Shown: positions 12,800-25,080 of the stretch, piece after piece
How positions within the stretch are numbered: position 1 is the stretch's first letter
How the letters are laid out: every line of letters starts with the position of its first letter
Assembly (NCBI RefSeq): GCF_006345805.1
Contig: NC_042999.1
Coordinates: 69,068,001-69,132,000 of the forward strand
Source of the DNA: Octopus sinensis
Taxonomy: Eukaryota
Direction of reading: 5' to 3'
Length of the DNA stretch: 64,000 nt
Translations under genes and position numbers: made by a program
Notes under the pieces: model-generated
The model's database searches: none
Seen by the model: the letters and a program-made list of their open reading frames with translations, nothing else
Told to the model about the DNA's origin: nothing

Positions 12800-13464
12800 T
12801 GATTAACAACCCTCAGTTAAACATTCATTGATATTATTTAGTCCGAAGAAATGAACGAATGGACTGTGATCCACCCGGTGTCCATCAATACTACAGACTG
12901 CACTGTAATCGTCCCAGGAATACAGAGTATGATCTTAAAAGAAACCTGTGCTATGTGGAAACGTACGTAGCAATGCATTAAAACATTTCTAAATTCCATC
13001 TAAGGATTATTGTTGATATTACTATGTTCATCCTACATTATATTGGTGCAGCTCAGTGTGACCCCCAAAACCTGGTATTGCCAGCTGGCATTGTTATACT
13101 GTAGCCGGCATAATAGAATAGGGGCTTTTATATGCATGTTCAAAACATTTCCTATAAATGAAATTAAAGGATATACATATATATATATGTATGTATGTGT
13201 GTGTATAATTCTATATACAAACATTGTTTGTAGTCTCTCGAGTCTGAGGAAAACAATTCCACAAAATCTGGCTGAACAAGCAGCAGAGATGATTTGATAA
13301 TGATGATCAAATGTCTGTGCAAATGTCAAATCAACAATGGCAGGCACATTAAAGCATACAGGTGCATTAATGCATACAGCATGAAACTAAACAAAAAAAA
13401 AAAAACAAAAGAAAAATCTTTTCCATTTTAGTAAACACTTCAACAGCAAAGGTAGCTTGCAAAG
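12800..13464 (+). repeat. ~665-bp segment duplicated at 15683-16347 (copy 1); begins with a PLE 3'-end-like remnant
   Basis: Near-identical to 15683-16347. The start translates LINNPQLNIH* (PLE C-terminus-like) and it contains GAAACGTACGTA, the 3' half of a hammerhead. Confidence 0.9.
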
Positions 13465-13839
13465 CAACTAAAAAACAAGAAATGATAAAGCATTAGCTAC
13501 ATAGCCACGCCCTTGCTACCTGTCCAACTTGGCCATCAAAAGCCATGTAAAATATGGGAGATTTTTCTGCCACACCCTGCATACATCACGGATGTCTCCT
13601 TTGTATTTAAGACAGACAATTCAAAGCCAGACTGAAACTATAAATATTAATGATTGAATATAAAATGCTAAATGATTTCCAGTTTGTTCTAAAAATACTA
13701 ATTAGATGCGTGAAATTCATTGATACATAATTCATTAAATGGATGCTATTTTAGCATTTGACTGGCACAATTTCTATGTCTTTTAATTTCAGTAAATAAT
13801 CACACAATTTTCCCATACCCACCTCTTCCCCATTCTCTT

Positions 13840-15365
13840 TAGAGCTAGAAAGACTCGGAGAAATAAACCAATCTGGAAGAGAAGACTATGGAAGCTCAAA
13901 GACCTAGCAAACAGACAAAAATTTGGAGATTTACTAATGGAAGCTTCTGACGAAAGATTGGAAGAGTTGAGGACATATAGCTTAGAGGACAATTGGAAGT
14001 TCCTGCAGAACAATCTACTGAGGACTATGGATGAAATCTGTGGTTGATGCAGAATTCCAGATAGACCAAGCATGACATGATAGTGGAGCAAAGAGGTTGA
14101 CAGTGCTATAAAAGCAAAAAAAAAAACAGGCCTGGAAAGACTAGAAAACTGGTGAAGATAAGAAATTTGCAAATGTTCTACAGCATGAAGATCAGAGGTG
14201 TGAGGCGTTCAGGATTGTAAAGCAGTGTATCAGAGAGAATAGAGATGTGGTGGGTGAGAGATATGTGCGAATGGATAATGGTATGCTTGCACTTAGTGAC
14301 ACAGAGAAGAAGAATGCAGGGAAGTGTCACTATGAAAGGTAACTAAACATGGAAAATGAATGGGAGAAAGAGTGTCTATCAAATATCCAACCAATTGAGG
14401 GACCAGCCATCAGAGTTGATAGCAGCATAATAGATAAGGTAATTAAGGAAATGAAGACAGGGAAAGCCCCTGGGCCATCAGGAATCACAGCCGAGATGAT
14501 CAAAATTTCTGGTGGTGTTTGATACAGTCTAGTCACCCATATAGTTAATCAGGCTATTCAGGAAGACACCATCCCCAATGACTGGTGTAGTGGTATTATA
14601 GTTAACTACTATAAGAGTAAAGGTGATGCCTTAGATAGAAACAACTACAGAGAGATTAAATTGCCAGACCAAGTCATGAAAATTACTGAGAAGGTTATAA
14701 CTCAATTGATTAGAAATAGAATTAAACTAGATGAAATGATATTTGGTTTTGTTCCTGGGAAGAGTACCACAGATGCCATCTTCCTAGTGAGACAGCTGCA
14801 GGAAAAGTACTTGGCCAAAAGTAAGCCATTGTACTTAGTCTTCGTCAACCTGGAGAAGGCTTTTATCAGTGCACATGTATGGCAAAGTCCAAATGTATTG
14901 AGAGAAGAGTTGGGCATAAGTGGAATCAAATGTAGCATGTAAGAGAGAAGACTATGTTGGTTTGGACATGTGATGCGTATGAATGAGGAGAGCTGCATAA
15001 AGAGGTGCTGATCACTGAAAGTGAATGATATCTGCAGAAGAGGGAGACCCAGGAAGATATGGGATGTAGTGGTAAGGGCCAATCTCAGGATGTTGGACCT
15101 CACAGATGAAATGTCAATGGACCTGAAGTTCTTGAGACCTGAAGTTCTGTTGACATGAAGTTCTTGAGAAGACCCACCCACGTCAGCAAAACTGAGTTTT
15201 AGAAGTGCTGTGTCCCACCCACACATAACAAGAAAACTTCTCACACACCCTACCACAACAAACCAAACTACGTCTCTACATCTCTTCTCTTCCTCACATT
15301 TCTGCTTCATGTACTATGCTTACCTCCTACTCCCCAATCATGTCCTCTTGGCCCTGTGCTCTATA
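13840..15365 (+). mobile_element. Degenerate RTE-clade LINE (RT N-terminal part, internal deletion, C-terminus and 3' UTR)
   Basis: MKTGKAPGPSGITAEMIK, KGDALDRNNYR.IKL, FGFVPGKSTTDAIFLVRQLQEKYL...FVNLEKAF, then RLCWFGHVMRM...RGRPRKIW; contains stops. Confidence 0.88.
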
Positions 15366-15446
15366 AAACAATGCTGGAACTTTTGTGAAGTGATGCCTTT
15401 TAACACCTCTGTTATTTTTTTTCTTCACCTCTTCCACATCTGCAAA

Positions 15447-16789
15447 TTCCATAGCACCAGCTTTCGTCACCAGTGATGACCTCCAAAAAAAGGTCCAGAT
15501 CAACTTCCAACTGGTCTTTCAGTTCACAACATGCATTCAGTTGTGACTACTTCTGAGCTTCCGTGAGCAAGTGAGGCACAAATTTCACTGCGACTCTCTT
15601 TATTCCCAAGTCCTCACTCATAATTCATTGGCAGGAGCTCCAGGACACTTGAGTCACATCAACAAGTTTATCAATTGTTCAGTGATTAACAACCCTCAGT
15701 TAAACATTCATTGATATTATTTAGTCCGAAGAAATGAACGAATGGACTGTGATCCACCCGATGTCCATCAATACTACAGACTGCACTGTAATCGTCCAAG
15801 GAATACAGAGTATGATCTTAAAAGAAACCTGTGCTATGTCGAAACGTATGTAGCAATGCATTAAAACATTTCTAAATTCCATCTAAGGATTATTGTTGAT
15901 ATTACTATGTTCATCCTACATTATATTGGTGCAGCTCAGTGTGACCCCCAAAACCTGGTATTGCCAGCTGGCATTGTTATACTGTAGCCGGCATAATAGA
16001 ATAGGGGCTTTTATATGCATGTTCAAAACATTTCCTATAAATGAAATTAAAGGATATACATATATATATGTATGTATGTGTGTGTGTATAATTCTATATA
16101 CAAACACATTATTTGTAGTCTCTCGAGTCTGAGGAAAACAATTCCACAAAATCTGGCTGAACAAGCAGCAGAGATGATTTGATAATGATGATCAAATGTC
16201 TGTGCAAATGTCAAATCAACAATGGCAGGCACATTAAAGCATACAGGTGCATTAATGCATACAGCATGAAACTAAACAAAAAAAAAAACAAAAGAAAAAT
16301 CTTTTCCATTTTAGTAAACACTTCAACAGCAAAGGTAGTTTGCAAAGATCAGTTCATGAATTTTCATGATGTTTTTATTCATTCGGGAGGTCAATGGTTG
16401 CCCTGAACTAGGTTGGTCATCAAGTGACAGGTGACCATTCCTAAAGAGTGAAAACCACTTGTAAACTTGTGTTTTGCTTATGGCTGTGTCCTTGTAAGCT
16501 GTTTGAAGTATGAGAACCGTTTCAGCCATCGTTTTCCTCAGCAGAAAACAGAATTTCACAGAAGCGTGCTGTTCCTTCATTTCAGTCATCGCAAAAATCA
16601 ATGAACAATGGAGAATCACTGTAAAACAAAAATGCAGCATTTGGAAGTATGACCCCACTGGACAACACTGTCTGGTCAGCAGACTGATGCCTGAGGGTCA
16701 CATGAAGAGGCTTTTAGTGGCAGAAGCCTGAACTACCATGGGCTTGTCCCACAGAGAACATTTCCAGTTACTTTTGGTACGCCCTCATA
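15447..16789 (-). mobile_element. Mariner (Tc1/mariner) 5' half, interrupted by the 665-bp duplicate
   Basis: TIR-like tatgagggcgtaccaaaagtaactggaa. MTEMKEQHASVKFCF...KTQVYKWFSLFRNG...DDQPSSGQP before the insert and ...KFVPHLLT...VITGDESWCYG after it. Confidence 0.85.
15683..16347 (+). repeat. Duplicate copy 2, inserted inside a mariner relic
   Basis: Same sequence as 12800-13464 with a few substitutions and small indels. Confidence 0.9.
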
Positions 16790-16887
16790 TAATTTTACAT
16801 ATTCTGGTAAAATGAAATTTCTCTCTAAAAATTATGTGGGAATACGTAGGTACAAACTACGCTACACTTTTTAAATTCTTATACAGA

Positions 16888-17600
16888 AACTTTGCTTGTG
16901 AAGACCTATTGAGGCAAGTGAAATCAAATCAAAATCGCTGACATGGCCGATAACAGTACCGTCTGATTGGCACTCATGCCAGTGGAATTTTAAGAGTACA
17001 TCTGAATGTTGGGTGTAACTGGCCCACTTATGAGTACCCCTCATTCATTGGACAATGAACTTTGCTTGTGAAGACCTATTGAGGCAAGTGAAATCAAATC
17101 AAAATCGCTGACATGGCTGATGACAGTGCCACCTGATTGGTACTCATGCCAGTGGAATGTTAAAAGTACATCCAAGCATGAGCGTTGCTTGGGCCACGGA
17201 TTGGCTCCCATGTCGGTGGCACATGAAAAGCACCATTCAAGCGTAATCGTTGCCAATGTCGCCTTGCCAGCACATGTGCTGGTGACACGTGAAAAATAAC
17301 ATTTAAGCATGGTCGCTACCAGTGCCGTCAGACTGGCTCCTGTGCAGGTAACACGTAAAAAGCACCTTTTGAGTGTGGTGGTTGCCAGAATTGCCTGACT
17401 GGCCCTCATGCCGGTGGCATGTAAAAAGCACCCACTACACTCTCGGAATGGTTGGCATTAGGAAGGGCATCCAGCTGTAGAAACACTGCCAGATCAGATT
17501 GAGCCTGGTGCAGTCTTCTGGCTCACCAGTCCTCAGTCAAACCATCCAACCCATGCCAGCATGGAAAGCGGACATTAAATGACGATGATGATGATGATGA
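16888..17600 (+). mobile_element. RTE-tailed SINE/LINE 3' element with internal tandem duplications
   Basis: 170-bp duplication (16888/17058), repeated ctggc..tgccggtggcac.taaaaagcacc units and (GAT)n tail. Relatives at 33590-33830(-), 35060-35280, 37705-38075, 43370-43815, 53870-54300(-), 55900-56170, 56575-56795, 60945-61220(-). Confidence 0.72.
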
Positions 17601-18308
17601 AACACACACACATACATAAGTAGTATGTATATGCTATATTTATTCATGTATAAGTTTCACTCATATATAAGCCACATCCCAAAATGAGTGTTACACCTTG
17701 ATACAAAATATTTTCCCCATTCAAACTGATTTCAGTTTTGCCTTATATGTAAGTCACACCCCAGATTTTTCCAGTTAGAATCAAGAATAGTGTGACATAT
17801 TTACATTAAAAAACAGTGTAGCTATATATGTGCATCTGTTTTTGTATTATTAAACTGAGGTTATTCATTTTAAGTAAGCTTAACAAAAACAATAGACCAT
17901 TTACAAATGGATGACCTGCAATTAAAAGTAGGGTCATCTTTACTGTAAAATTTGAAATTTTTCTGTTTGATTCACAAAGTTTGATTCTTTATGACATTTT
18001 CTACACAGATGTAGTTCTGTATACTAATTATGAAAGTCACATTATTATTATTACCTCCACCTTAGCGAAGGCAGAGGTATCGTTTTTAGTTATGTTTCTT
18101 TGTTTGTCCATGGATAAGATATCTCAAGAACCGCTGGATGGATTCATATGAAGCTTTCAGTTTCCGTCTACCAAATCTACTCACAAGGCTTTGGTCAGCC
18201 CAAGGCTATAGTAGAAGACACTTGCCCAAGTTGCCATGCAGTGGTACTGAACCCAGAACAATGTGGTTGGTAAACAAGTTACTTACCACCCAGCCACTCC
18301 TGTACCTG

Positions 18309-18349
<41 letters not shown>

Positions 18350-18351
<2 letters not shown>

Positions 18352-18965
18352 AAAATAGGGGGTTTAGTTCACAGGTGATGTAAACGATTAGGTATTCTAG
18401 GTGGGTGCTGTAACAGATTGCTAGGGCTCCATGGTTACACCAGAGTTATGAAGCCATTGCAGATTTCCAATATGACTGATATAAAATTGTTAAAGAGGAC
18501 AACAAACGTTATCGCCAGGCAAACATCTCAAGGCATATATATTATTATTATTGCAAAATAAATTCAAAGTCTTACAGCTGTTTCTGGGATATTCCAGAGT
18601 ACGGGATATTCCTGAGTATGGGATATTCCATCATTGGAGACAAATAGGGAAAATGAGAAGGGTATAGATTAATAAAATGATGATGGAATAAGATCAGAAA
18701 GTTGAACTGAATTTTTATGTTTCTTCTTTCTTCTCTCTCTTCATCTCCTTATTCCTTTACTCCTGTGCTCTATGTTGTCATTTTATTAATCTATACCCTT
18801 CTCATTTTCCCTATTTGTCTCTGATGACAGAATATCCCATACTCTGGGATATCATAGAAACAGCTGTAAGACTTTGAATCTTTTTTTTCCAATAATAATA
18901 ATGTATACTTGAGATGTTTGCCTTGCCTTAATGTTTGTTGTCCTCTTAAACAATTATATATATCA
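18350..18965. mobile_element. TA-associated inverted-repeat module (arms ~18477-18680 / ~18778-18965) with hammerhead; PLE inverted-pLTR-like
   Basis: The arms are recognisably reverse-complementary (e.g. agacaaatagggaaaatgagaagggtatagattaataaaatga versus its complement). Confidence 0.72.
18817..18872 (+). ncRNA. Type I hammerhead ribozyme; degenerate mirror at 18569-18641 (-), core CCAAUGA
   Basis: GUCU-CUGAUGA-..AUAUCCCA(UACUC)UGGGAUAU..-GAAA-CAGCUG-UA-AGAC; palindromic stem III ACAGCUGU. Confidence 0.78.
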
Positions 18966-19097
18966 TCATCATCATCATCATCAAGCATTTTAAATCAACC
19001 ATGTTTGGATGGTGCTTTTTATGTGCCAATGGCACAGGAGCCAGTCTGGTAGTACTGGCAATGACCCACGCATGTGTACAATATAAGATATATATAG

Positions 19098-19139
<42 letters not shown>

Positions 19140-19494
19140 CATGATTTATTCGTAATCAGAGTTGTTTGTAAACCGAGGTACTACTGTATATTGAAATCAT
19201 TCAACGCATATGTTTCAAGTTTGCATAATATATAACAGGAAAGGCATCCATTATACAAATGTTCCTCAATCAAAGCTTTTCAAAATATCACCATTTTGTT
19301 ATTTTTTCATTATTACAACTTCTATGACTCAATGCCAGAACAAGCTGACCAGTCCAGACTCCACTTGTGTGGATATTCTAACAAAGATTTGGATTAGTTT
19401 CATATATTTGGTTTGAGTTGAAGAATTCTTATATTGTACACAGGTTCTTAGAGTAACACAAAATGGTGCCATGTCAAAAGTATATATATATATA

Positions 19495-20101
19495 CTACTA
19501 ATATAGGATGAAGTTTTTTTTACAGAAAAAAAATTCCATCAAAAAATGTGGCAGCATATTAAAATACCTTTACGGTTAAAATTATAAACAACTTATAAAT
19601 AAGGGCTAAAGAAAATTATTTCAATGCCAATATGCTGATAACAGACTTTTAAAACGTCAATTTCTACATATTATTTACTCGCTACAGAAAAAAACGCGAA
19701 GAACTGAAATCGGGGAAAGCTGGCCGATAGAATTTTTTTAAAAAGTTCGTTATTTCTATATTGAATCAATTTCGGAATTAATCTCATAAAATATTCTTTC
19801 CTCTTCAGTAGAACATACGAAAGGCTTTGTCTTTTTTCTATGGGCGCATGTAAGTATCTTATTTATATCCTTTCGCATGTTCTACTGAAGAGGAAAGAAT
19901 CTTTTATGAGATTAATTCCGAAATTGATTCAATATAAAAATAACGAACTTTTAAAAAAATTCTATCGGCCAGCTTTCCCCGATTTCAGTTCTTCATGTTT
20001 TTTCTGTAGCGAGGAAATAATATGTGAAAATTGACGATTTAAAAGTCTGTTATCAGCATATTGGCATTGAAATAATTTTCTTTAGCCCTTATTTATAAGT
20101 T
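19495..20101. mobile_element. (TA)n-flanked inverted-repeat module (arms 19590-19824 / 19869-20101) with a hammerhead in each arm
   Basis: ~235-bp arms with a 44-bp spacer; ~95-bp unpaired tail on the left; TA tracts on both sides. Confidence 0.78.
19754..19813 (-). ncRNA. Type I hammerhead ribozyme (mirror copy 19880-19939 on +)
   Basis: Minus strand: UUCUA-CUGAAGA-GGAA..UUAU..UUCC-GAAA-UUGA U UCAA-UA-UAGAA; cleavage after AUA. Confidence 0.78.
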
Positions 20102-20274
20102 ATATATATACACATATATATGTATACACATATATGACAGGCTTCTTTTAGTTTCCGTCTACCAAATCCACTCACAACGCTTTGGTCAGCCTGAGGCTAT
20201 AGTAGAAGACACTTGCCCAAGATGCCCCACAGTGGAACTGAACCTGGGTTCAAGCTGTATATATGTATATGTAT

Positions 20275-20325
<51 letters not shown>

Positions 20326-23024
20326 GTGTGTGTGTGTGCGTGCATATGCATGTGTGTATATATAGCCTTCTTTTCTGCATGGCAGTACAAACTAAGGCAC
20401 CAGTCATTGACTGAATGGGGGGGGGGAGAAGAAAAAAATGGTGGCAGCATAATATTTCAATGTCACAATGGCAGTTATTGAAACTGATTCAGTTAGTTCT
20501 TCCTGTCTAACTTCAAAAACTCTCCTGTATTTGATCCAATCGGTAACGTATAACTGACACAGATAAAAGTCAATTAGTGCTGAAAGAAGAGTAATGATGC
20601 AAGATCGATTGACGAGGCTTGTTTTAGTAAAATGCATTCCACATGCTTCCTCTCTCCCCACTCCCCCCCCCCCCCCCCCCGATATTCTGTGACACAAACA
20701 GCAACAACTTTCACATGTACCAGTCGTCTCAGTTGAGTTCCTTCTTCTTTTTCTTCCTTTTCGTTTTTAACCTTCTTCTCTTCTTCCTTTTGTTACTCTT
20801 CTATTTCTTCTTTTTTCTTCCTCTTCTTCTCTCTCTTGTTATTGTTGTTCTTCCTTTTAATCCTCCTCCTCCTCCTCTTCCTCCCCTCCTCCTCCTCCTA
20901 CTCCCTCCTGTGTTTGCTGCTGCAGCACATGTTGAGTAGACTGAGATCGGTTGTTGTCAATCTGATCTCAGTAAGACTATGCTACCTGCTTTAGGTGGTG
21001 GGGGGTGACTTGAGGAAGATTTAGCTACTATTTCTTGCAGAGAAATAGAATTCATATTGGTATAACCATAGTACAACATCAAAAACTGACTCACTAGTCA
21101 TTATCATTAAATGGTAACTGGCATAATGAAACAGGAGCTTTATTTGCATACACCTAACATTGCCATAAATGAAATTAAGAGATTTGGTAGATGGAAACTG
21201 AAAGAAGCCTGTTGTATATTCTTTTATTTGTTTCAGTCATTTGACTGTGGCCATGCTGGAGCACTGACTTTAGTTGAACAAATCAAACCCAGGACTTATT
21301 CTTTGCACCTTCATATCAGCAGCAGCAGCAACAGCAGCAGCACCAACATCATTGTTGTCATCATCATCATCATCATCATTTAATGTCCATTTCCCATGTT
21401 CTTTTGCCGAACTGCTAAGTTATTGGAGGGGGGGACGTAAACGTACCAACATTGGTTGTCAAGTGATGGTAGGGGGACAAACAGACACACAAACATACAC
21501 CCCCCCCACACACACACACATATGAAAGCCTTCTTTCAGTTTCCATCTACCAAATCTACTCACAAGGCTTTGGTCGTCCTGAGGCTAGTAGAAGACACTT
21601 GCCCAAGGTGCTACACAGTGGGACTGAACCAGGAACCATGCGGTTGGGAAGCAAGCTACTTTTCTGTGTCTGTGTTCGTCCCATCCACCACCGCTTGACA
21701 TCTGAAGTTGGTGTGTTTACCTCCCTGTAACCTAGCAGTTTGACAAAAGCGACTGATAGAATAAGTACTAGGCTTACAAAGAATAAGTTTTGGGGGTCAA
21801 TTTGTTCAACTACAGGTAGTGCTCCAGCATGGCTACAGTCAAATGACTGAAACAAATAAAAGAATATATATATTTACTGTGCTAGTGTCATGTAAAAAGC
21901 ACTAGTGCCAGTGCCACATGAGAAGCACTGAGTCCACTTTGTAAAGTTGTTGGCATTAGGAAGGGCATCCAGCCATGGAAACCATGCCAAAGGAAACAAA
22001 TGGAACTTGGTGTAGCCCTCTTTCTTGCTGGCTCCTGTCAAACCGTCCAACTCATGACAGCATGGGAAATGGACATTTGATGATGATTTGATGATGTTCG
22101 TGCTGCTGCTGCTGTTGCTGTAGAGCAAATGGTCTTCATCCCAGAGCTCGCAAGATGGGAGAAGTCCAAAATGTAGTCCTTGGCTATTCGTAAGATCCGC
22201 ACAAGAGAAAGCAGGTCAACCCTCGACACCGAGAGCATCGACGGATGGATGAATGCACACCCAGGCTCAGCGGTTGCATAGGAAGTCGGGAACAAGAAAC
22301 AGGAAGAAAGAGTGAGGGAAAGTTGGAGCGAAAGAGTACAACAGGGCTCGCCACCACCCCCTGCCAGAGCCTTGTAGAGCTTTAAGTGTTTTTGCTCAAT
22401 AAACACACACAACACCCAGTCTGGGAATTGAAACTGTGACCCTCCGACCGCGAGTCCACTGCCCTAACCACTGGGCCATTGCACCTCCACTTGCTGCTGC
22501 TGCTCATGATGATGATGTTGCTGCTGCTGATGATGATGACGACAATGATGATGATGATGACAATTATGATGCTGGTGCTGCTGCTGATGATGATATGAAG
22601 GTGCAAAGTTCAGTGGTTAGAGCATTGGGCTCACAATCACGAGGTAGTGAGTTCAATTCTCAGACCAGGCTCTGTGTTGCATCCTTGAGCAAGACACTTT
22701 GTTTTATATTGTTCTAGTTCACTCAGCTGTAGAAATGAGTTGTGACATCACTGGTGCCAAGCTGTATCAACCCTTTTGCCTTTCCCTTGGATAACATCAG
22801 TGGCATGGAGAGGGGAGGCTGGTATGCATGGGCGACTGTTAGCCTTCCACAAACCTTGCCTAGACTTGTGCCTTAGTGGGGAATTCTCTAGGGGCAATCG
22901 CATGGTCATTCATGACTGAAGGGGGTCTTTACCCTTTTACCCATTACATACACACACACACACAAAGATGGATGGATGGATAGAAAGATAGATAAATAGA
23001 CAGACAGACAGACAGACAGACAGA

Positions 23025-23084
<60 letters not shown>

Positions 23085-23109
23085 TAGATAGACAGACAGA
23101 CAGAGAGAC

Positions 23110-23171
<62 letters not shown>

Positions 23172-24659
23172 GCAGACAGACAGGCATGTATGCAGGCAGG
23201 CAGGCAGGCAGACAGACAGACAGACAGACAGAGATAAATATTTCATACGTAAATGTTTTAGAAAAGGAGAGAAACACTTTCCAGCAAATTTGTAAATAAA
23301 AAAAGAAATGAGATAAAAATAGACCAAAACTTCAGCAGAAATAGAAGAAGAAGGAACAAAGATATAAAGAGATTAAAGGAGAGAGAGTTGGTGGTGGTGG
23401 TGGTGGTGGTGGAGGGGAGATAGTTCAAACAACATGACTTGAATATTGAGACAGTGATATGAGAGCTTAATAATATTCACATATGCTTTCTATTGCTGTT
23501 ATAACAAAACAAAGGAATATGTGCAATATTGGAACAGTGGAATGGTGTGGTTATTGTAGAATAGTGGTAGTAGGCTCCTTGTTAGTAGGGTTATTGTTGG
23601 TTTTGTTTAGCTCCGGGTCAATTCCGATCTGGCAGATTTATGATCAAAGGCCTCCAGCTAGCTGGGCTCCTGTTGCTGTTGCTATTTAACCCCAGGTCAA
23701 ACCTGACCCAACAACCCATGATCAAATACATACCACTCATGACCATCCTGTCCTTTCCTCCAAACAGTGAACACAGGGAACACAGGACTCTACTTTTTGA
23801 GACAAGATGGTGGGGCATGATATGAGAAAGATTTAGCTACTGTTTCTAGCAGATCAAGTAACAATGGTACAGTTTGCAATACATACATGCTAGGTTAGCA
23901 GGATGATTAGCGCATTGGGCAAAATGCCTTGTGGCTTATTTACGGTTTATTTATTTACTTATCTATTTACGGTCCTGTACATTCTGAGTTCAAATCCAGC
24001 CAAGGTCAACTTTGCCTTTTATCCTTCTGAGGTCAATAAAATAAAGTACCAAACAAATGCTGGGGTTCATATTCCTTTGATACATTCTGGGTTATTTTAT
24101 GAATGGAAATAAAGTAGAAGACACAAAGATTCTTGAACAAGGGTTTTTAACTTGTTTTATAACCTGTCCATCTTTGACTTGGACCTTGTTTAGGGTGTTC
24201 TCTTCACTGAAGATCCAGCTGGGTTGATGGCTCCTGCTGGCTGAAGTCATGGCAGAAGAGGGGGTATCTCATGAAGATGGGAAATGAGAGGGACTCTACT
24301 CACCAGGGAGGACCCAGGAATATACCAACAGATGGTGAATGCAGTAGTGCACTGCAATGGTGCATACCCTGACATCTGACCTGACCTTACAGCCTGCATC
24401 CCTCCTCCTTTTCTTTTTCTCTCTCTGGAAGGACAGCCCTATCATTGATTATAATACAACCACATGACCTGACTTTACAACTTGCATCCCTCCTCTTTCT
24501 CTTTCTCTGGAAGGATAGACCTATCACTGATTATAATGCAACCACATTTCTAAGAAGCCCAAACCAAAGCCACTATTTTTTGCCAGACTTTGGCAAAAAT
24601 GTACCATGTATCAATTGGCAACAAAGAACAAGCACTGATCAAGCCACCCTAAGAGACAA

Positions 24660-25080
24660 GTCTACAGAATGCAATCTTCAACATTAAAGAAATCATGAAG
24701 ATCATGCAAGATGTTGAAGCTAATAAGGCTACTGGTTCTGATCAAGTTCCCACCACAGTTCTGGAGGAATTTTGCATGGAAGTATGGAACTAGCTGACTT
24801 CCTGTGTTATCTATTTCCTCCATGTTTCACTTGTTTTCTAAACCAGTGACAGACCATCTCTGATTGTAAGAAGGACTTTGGATCTTGTCCAGCAAAATAC
24901 CTACCAATTTCATGACTCAACATCATCAGTTATAGAACCACTAATCCACCTGTTAAGCCATCAACTTATCCCTAACAGTCAACTTGATTTTTAGGCAACC
25001 ATGAGCACATCACTGATAAAAGGAACATTAAGGAGGGAAAAGACTTTATGTGGTCATAGAACCTAGTAAAAATAACAGCT
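24660..25080 (+). mobile_element. Old CR1/Jockey-like LINE fragment
   Basis: EIMKIMQDVEANKATGSDQVPTTVLEE...LADFLCYLF resembles the KAxGPDxIPxxVLK motif upstream of RT. Confidence 0.55.

Noticed and set aside
12925-12980. GAAACGTACGTA palindromic stem III (and its copy at ~15841)
   Set aside because: The upstream core reads cttaaaaga and stem I is missing, so it is not counted as a ribozyme, at most a decayed remnant.
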